A stretch of DNA of 63,942 bases, the filler included, from Ionaspis alba (taxonomy: Eukaryota): assembly GCA_964255285.1 (NCBI GenBank). It is 4 parts of 4 records of this genome, joined end to end, with 100 filler letters (N's around TTAATTAATTAA, not from the genome) between each part and the next. Parts side by side here need not be neighbours in the genome. Positions count along the whole stretch, not along the records: positions 48,971 to 63,942 come from CAXUUL010000391.1; 3 more parts are not named here. One strand, given 5' to 3'. Positions 57,734 to 63,942 of the stretch are shown one piece after another. The translations under genes and the position numbers were made by a program. Each line of letters opens with the position of its first letter. The first letter of the stretch is position 1. The notes under the pieces were generated by a model. That model ran no database searches. It was not told where the DNA came from and worked only from the letters and a program-made list of their open reading frames with translations.

Positions 57734-58142
57734 GGCGCGATGGAGTTCTTACTTTCCCCTTATTCTTAGGCATATTGAATTAGATCCGACCTGAACAGTA
57801 TTGGGAAACCGAGTGATTCGAAGTAGACCTTTGTTGCGAGCTCAAGATCATATGGGTTGTCGTTATGTAGTTGGGTTACTGTTGGTAGTAGTTTTAGTCA
57901 GAAATGTGAAAGGATGGTGGGGTGAAGTTCGGCTCAAGCGACTAACCTCAAGCGGCTAAAGTGAGCTTTCACTAGCGAAAGGTTGTCGATGGTAGAGGCT
58001 TCAAATATTCTTTCCCAGTTTTGCTTGCCTACAATCTTTTACTCATACGAACCTAATGCGCATTCAACCATAAAACAAGCGTGTCAAACTTCACGGTACG
58101 GACGACACTTGATTGCCTAAGGATGGCGATCTCCTCGACGAC

Positions 58143-58661
58143 ATGGTTTTCAAATCAAACGGCGACGTATGGCTCAAAGTCAGCGGTCTGACCATATGTC
58201 GATGTCAGTATTCCCGATACAACCATCCATTACATCTCAGCGAGGCGATCCTTAGAGATCCTGATCACAACTTGTATCTACCCACGAAGCGAAGATACGA
58301 TGAGCGACCCAAAGACACGCTGTGGTGGAGCATCACCTCCAATACCATCAAGGAAAAGAGTGTGGTTAGGTCTTGGGTTGCCAGGCGGATGAGAAGAGCT
58401 TTCACCGAAGCTTTGGAACGGAACGGAATGGACAGCGACGGCCGGCGCAAAGTAGACCATGATATTCACGTTAAGGCTGAGTTCACAGGGCTCATAGGAA
58501 CTTTGCAAATCCTCGCTCTACCACCGGTCGTGACAGCGGACGTTGCGAACGTTCGCAGTCAGATGGACTCTGTTGTACAGCTTCTTGTACGCCAAAACCC
58601 GAAGAGGACGATTGAAGCAGCGGAGCGGAAAGGGTCAACGGACAATTCTCGTGCGAAGTAG
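58143..58661 (+). CDS. Small basic hypothetical protein with RnpA-like (RNase P protein) motif order
   Basis: LWWSITSNTIKEKSVVRSWVARRMRRAFTEAL...GTLQILALPPVVTADVANVRSQMDSVVQLL. The start codon is uncertain (58113 TTG or 58143 ATG). Confidence 0.6.
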   Translation: MVFKSNGDVWLKVSGLTICRCQYSRYNHPLHLSEAILRDPDHNLYLPTKRRYDERPKDTLWWSITSNTIKEKSVVRSWVARRMRRAFTEALERNGMDSDGRRKVDHDIHVKAEFTGLIGTLQILALPPVVTADVANVRSQMDSVVQLLVRQNPKRTIEAAERKGSTDNSRAK

Positions 58662-59862
58662 ACAGTGCCAGGTCAAAGTAGTGATCTCAACTTATTCTGC
58701 CACTGTGGATAGTGTTCAGTCATGACCACTAGTCCGTCAGCGAGGTAGCCGATCGTCGAATATGCCAAGAGAGTGTTCACATCCATACACCCGCTGGCGA
58801 GGAGACAGAAACCTGCAGCGGTCGTACCCGCAAATCGGCAAAGGATGACACCAACAACGTCGTATTCCATCGCAAAGGTTGTTTCCATGCTCTTCAGGAC
58901 CGTTGTACAGCTCTACGTGGACGGCGGCTGGGGCAGAGATTATGATAAGGAGAAACTCTGTATTGGTATGGTTAGATCCATTGGGCTACCATCAGGTTTA
59001 ACACAAATAGCACAGGCAACGGCAAGATATAATAGAGTCTCACTTATCCATAGCAGACTCATTGTGGATAGCTGATTTCATTCTCTCGGCCAGTGTCAAG
59101 CAAATACAATGGTATTGAACTCTTCAGCTAAACGAACATTGTTGCCAACGTTTGGGTGTCGAGATATGTAAACTCAACTAATTCCTGCTGCCTTCCAGAT
59201 GCTGAAACAGCCGTTCAAATGACTCGACTTTAAAGCCGTTCCTGCAGCTTTGTTTTCGTCCGCCGTATGCAATTCAGCTTGCGCTGTTACCTACTCCCTA
59301 CCAGAACTCTTCAGTAGTTGTGTTTCCTTCCTTCTAACTGTTGCTTTTCGTACACTTGCTTCGATGTCTATGATCGGGCCTCCGCTCGTGTTCAGCTTGC
59401 TTCTCCTCACCCTCGTGTCTCAATACCACAAAATACCCGACACTCTTGACAAAGATCTGCCAGAAGAGGTCCTAGGCCTGTCTAAGGTCCATGTGCAGCA
59501 GCTCTTCGACCTTCCAGCTGCATCATCAGATTCCCTTCCACCTCCTGGCATTAGCTCGATACGCCAATCCGTCAGATTTTGCCATTCACGACAAACAGAC
59601 GCGTGTTTCCCCCATCGAGCTAGACAAGGGTATCTACTATATCAAAGCTATAGAGCGTATGTTCGATAGTCCAGAAAGCTGCGATGCTGGTGGGTAGGAA
59701 CGTAGCGCGTTTAAACGTCAACGAATAGGTCTCAGGAAGGGGTAGTGAAATATGCTATGTTCCAGGCCCAGAACCAGTCCCGAGACTTTTAAAGAAAATA
59801 GTCTTCCTGTCATACCAAAGTAATTGTTTGGGCTATTGACTCAGCGAATGGATACTGTCCCA

Positions 59863-59962
59863 NNNNNNNNNNNNNNNNNNNNNNNNNNNNNNNNNNNNNN
59901 NNNNNNNNNNNNNNNNNNNNNNNNNNNNNNNNNNNNNNNNNNNNNNNNNNNNNNNNNNNNNN
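59863..59962. other. Assembly gap flanked by a duplicated contig end
   Basis: 59808-59862 is identical to 59963-60017. Confidence 0.9.
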
Positions 59963-59964
59963 TG

Positions 59965-62025
59965 TCATACCAAAGTAATTGTTTGGGCTATTGACTCAGC
60001 GAATGGATACTGTCCCAAGGAGTCTATCCCAGGGCCTATCCCAGCTCGACGACGCCAATTCCCCATTCCAATCCGCGAGAATCGATCTTTAGGCTCTCCA
60101 TCTGCCTTGCAAAGGACAATAAAACGTACGGCCGACTCGACCGATGAAGTAGAAGTTACGGCCCACTCGACCGACGACACCTTCAACAGGTAGACGCCAT
60201 CGAAGGTAGACAACCGTTTGTCCCAGTAGATATCCACCTCGAACTCTACGCTCGGTTGATCGCCCAAAGCAATCTTGTAGCCTATCTCATTGACTGGAAC
60301 CTCCTCGAACGGCGTAACTATAATGCTGACCACGGCCCCTGGCTCCCATGGTGTCAGATTCTTGAGCGGTTCTATCATGCCCCGGAGGATTATTTCGCAA
60401 GATCCGACATCTCCAGTGGGGTCTAGACTAAGCAGGTCGCATTTGGCTTCTAGAATCTCGAGAGCGACCTTGTCGGTATGATCTATGCAGTAGTACCCGA
60501 TCTCTTCGTTCAACGAAGCCCACGACCAACTTGGCAGGCTGTTTCTAGGCATTGCATTCCGTGCCTTGGGCATGACAAACCACAGTAGATCTAGCGCCAG
60601 ATTATCCCTCCAGAGTCCAGCCATGTACTCCGCGCCTTTCTTCAGCTGTTGGAATTTTTTGGCCAGCCCAGATAAAGCAGGCAATTTGTCTTTCTTATAG
60701 GTCAGACTCTTTGAAGAATAGCCTTGAACGATCACGTGCCAGAACCTGTTGATGTCTGCTGTGATGAGATTGCTGGTTATCAGCGCCTTAGACAAATCCG
60801 CTTTCACAAGACCTTCGCCGTGTCTCGATGTACCACATTCACACTTTGAACACTGCATGCACTCCCAGACGAGCTCATCGCGAGTAAAGTGGAGAACCCT
60901 TGGAGACAACAAGCGCTCCTGGAATACCCATCCCCGGGATAGAAGAGGCAATCTTGGGTCCTCCTCTGGGTCCTGGATTAAGAATGATTCCGCTTGCCAG
61001 AAAAGATCATGCGAAAGGGGCTTCCTCAAGTACAAGTCGAAGCTCTCACTGTCACCATAAGGACAAGGCACCTTAGCGACTGTGAGATCTCGCTCGACGA
61101 ATTGACCAGCCTCGTTGTTCTCTGCGCCTGTTGCAGCAATAGTTATGTATGAGCCCGAGTACACCGAGGCCATCATTGCAGATTCCTTGAGCCAGTCCTC
61201 GGTATCGTTCTGAACGATGCACAATGAGTCGATCCAGAGGTACCTTATCCCTAGCCAGCGCAAGAATGTGATTGCATCCTTGTATGTAGCAGGAAGCTTA
61301 GACCAGGGAATAAGCTTATTATGCCCTCGGATATTCCAAGTCATAGTCTTCACAGCGCATCCGATTGTGCCCCAGCAGTGACTCAAACAAGCATAGCGGA
61401 AGTTTTGTGTCCATGCAGCTAGTAATCGTCAGGTCCACAGGGAAGTAATAAAGAATTACTGAGAGGAAAAAACAATGAGCATACTCCCGGTCATCTTGAT
61501 GTCAGAGGTATTGAATAGTCTAATGTCACGACTACCAATGACGTTTAGGTCCAGCAGTCTGGTCGGCAGTGTTTCCGTTTGAGGCAGACATTTATCATGT
61601 TCATTGTAGCAAGTTTCAAGCCACTGTTGTGCCTGCAGCCAGGACTGAAGCGATCTCGTAGTCGGAGACAAGTTGTTCTTGCGGTCAATGTCATCCCATG
61701 GACATGTGGCTGAAGGTAAACAAAACATATCGAGGGGCATGCGTGTCTTATTTGGGGGGAGGTAAAGACACAGTATGCCACTCAGAGAGACGAGGCATGA
61801 CTCCCGCTGCTCTGAATCAATGACAAAGGTCTCAACAGCAGCTCTGACGACTTTGCATATGATACAGCCTTTCTTCGCTGTATATTCGAACTTTGAAGCC
61901 TTGAAACGACGTTCTCCGTAGTAAGTCATGAGTTGGCGGCACAGTACGCACTGGGACTGTTCGACAAAGTCCGAGTCTGGTAGAAATGTATCTTGAGTTG
62001 ACTTCGTGATCTGAATGCTTGCCAT
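59965..62025 (-). CDS. HET-domain (heterokaryon incompatibility, TOL-like) protein
   Basis: Motifs WLETCYNEH, LPTRLLD, YACLSHCWG, YLWIDSLCIVQ, RGWVFQERLLSPR, DKLPALSGLA, YMAGLW, PSWSWAS. Intron 61419-61484. Confidence 0.94.
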
Positions 62026-62352
62026 GTTCTAAAGCTCTTGGAGGTGCTAGGTCATCCAAACGTGATATTGTCAGTTCTTCTGTCGTCGTGGTAGCGTGCT
62101 CGCGGCCAAAGGCCGTTTGCTGTGCCACGCAGTGCCAAAAATAGTTGGGACACATCTGCTATGAGATTGGCTACGAGATGTGTCCCGCGTGCATGCCTCC
62201 ATCACCTAGTGCCAAGCAATATATTTCCTCGCGTAATAATGTCGAACTCGACCTAAAGCGACGTATCAACAAAAGGACGAAGCGCACAGCAGCACTTTCC
62301 TCCAAAGCATTGTTCTAAGTCATATGCCTGGAATTCTTAATGCAGTGACAAA

Positions 62353-63721
62353 ATGCTGATCTCCCTTACTGTCGGCAAAGTCGACGCCGGTGTTGCCGTC
62401 CTCCTCACAGAGGACAAACGCTTAGTACGCCTGTCCAATTTCTCGATTGAGCCCCATATCTAATACACTCTCCCAGATCGAATTTCCCTCCATCCTTCTC
62501 CCCTCTTCCATCTCCTCCGGCAGCATAGTCGACATCACCGTCTCCCGCAACCTCTCTTCCGAAGCCTCCGCCCAAAAAGCCTTCTCCATCCTGCAAACCT
62601 CCATCTACAACACCTACGGCCTACACTCCCCCAGCACGCCCCTCCTCCGCTGCCGCAACGCGACCCAAACCTCCGTCGTCCTAGAATGGGATCCCATTTC
62701 CCTCGCCACCGCCTCCATCCGCTCCCTGGCTCTCTACCGTAACGGCTCAAAAGCAGGCAACATCCCCCGTCCTCTCGAACTCACTTCCACCAAGATCTCT
62801 GGCCTTGCTATCGACACCGAGTATGTTTTCCACCTCGTCCTCCGTACCAGCGCCGGTGTCTACACGTCTGAGAAACTGGCTGTCCGCACCCACAAGATGA
62901 CCGACCTCTCCGGCATCACCGTCACGCCGGGCGTGCTACCTCCGCCCTTACGCTACTCCCTCGCTGGTGCTGTTGAGCGAATTGGTGCAAAGATGGTTGA
63001 GAACGTCCGAATTGATACTACGCATTTCGTGTGTACGGAAGGTCGCGGTCCTCAGTGGGAGCGCGCAGTCGAGATGAACATCCCTGTTGTAAGGCCGGAA
63101 TGGGTCGAGGGCTGCGAGCGGGAAGGTCGGATCGTCGGCGTTCGGGGATATTATCTCAATGCCGACCCGAGACTACGGCAGGTGGGTCAAGGAGTTGGAA
63201 TGCAAGGGCAGGCAGGCAGTAGGCGGACAGAGAGCCAGACCAGCATTAAGCGCGTTGCGCCAGCGGTACAAAGTGGAGAGAGCAGCAGACAAGACCTTGG
63301 GCCACCTACAGCGGGGACTGATGCCAGTGGTATAAGCCCCAAGACTGGTGTAGATGGACAGAGCGCAAAGATGGAGACCATGACGGAGCCGCCGACGCCG
63401 CCGGCGAAAGATAGGAAACCGGAGCTAGAAGATGCCAGCAGGGAGAGATTATCGCCGTCAGCAGCAACGGAGCCCTTTCCGTCGGTGGAAGCTACAGCAA
63501 CATCGGTGTCTGTCTCTGAGGACGAGGAAGAGGAAGATAGAAACCAACATAGGGTGGCGCCTCAGGCGAGGAAGCTCGTGCAGTCGCCGTTTGACTCAGC
63601 GCAGACGGAGAACACGGCTCAGGGCTTACCGCTTAGGACGGAGCGAGTGAGGGAGGAGGCTAAGGAGAAGTTGCAGAGGCAGGGAAGTGATGCGGGGAGT
63701 TTTAGTGAGGTCCAGCTTTGA
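62353..63721 (+). CDS. chs5: Chs5 exomer subunit (FN3 + BRCT)
   Basis: MLISLTVGKVDAGVAVLLTEDKRL|IEFPSILLP, TQTSVVLEWDP, HKMTDLSGI, DTTHFVCT, IPVVRPEWV. Intron 62425-62476. Confidence 0.96.
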
Positions 63722-63942
63722 TTGGGAGATAGATGAAGAGGCGAGGTAGAGGGAGTCAGAGCGCGCATGTTAGAGCAGAGAATGCAGGCTCAAAACAAAC
63801 TTTGGTTGAGGGCAGCCGATCTTTACTATGTTTGTGCCGGCCATAGCAGCATATAAATTAGCTTTATACCATACTTTTATTGGACGGGCGGCAATACAAG
63901 ATCAGACTTCTTGAGGGTCTTTGACTAGAGAGAATCAGCTTG

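Noticed and set aside
57579..57788. Apparent duplication of eIF1A exon 1
   Set aside because: Identical copies abut a 100-N gap, indicating an unmerged contig overlap.
58700..59750. Short ORFs between the RnpA-like gene and the HET gene
   Set aside because: No domain and frequent stops; cannot support a gene.
59808..60017. Direct repeat of the HET gene 3' end
   Set aside because: Identical 55-bp copies flank a 100-N gap, an assembly artefact.

Overview
This is a gene-dense, intron-rich scaffold window from a filamentous ascomycete (Pezizomycotina; the exact lineage cannot be determined from sequence alone), with five N-gaps. The conserved backbone is fbp1, nuo51 (complex I 51 kDa), nup98-96, a Dal5-type MFS permease, a NIPA Mg2+ transporter, a patatin-like protein, a MOSC protein, ras2, a DUF4050 protein, an Msp1-like AAA ATPase, smc5, rad1/XPF, eIF1A and chs5. 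Accessory parts are: (i) a degenerate 0-4.6 kb zone containing four ~200-bp periodic exon-intron units and short repeats; (ii) a 438-bp MITE with an 8-bp TSD inserted between a putative AcuK/AcuM site and CreA sites of the fbp1 promoter; (iii) a 32.7-42 kb island with three P450s and a PTH11-like receptor but no visible backbone synthase, where two CYP7/8-like paralogues share a 6-nt micro-exon and both complete P450s lack the I-helix Thr; (iv) a DUF4419 pseudogene and a HET-domain gene. The best leads are a small nuclear ORF with bacterial RnpA-like motif order (candidate mitochondrial RNase P protein), the P450/PTH11 island, the periodic exon array, the MITE-rewired fbp1 promoter, and a GC-AG, frame-neutral intron in eIF1A. 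All gene models and family calls were made by eye, without database searches.
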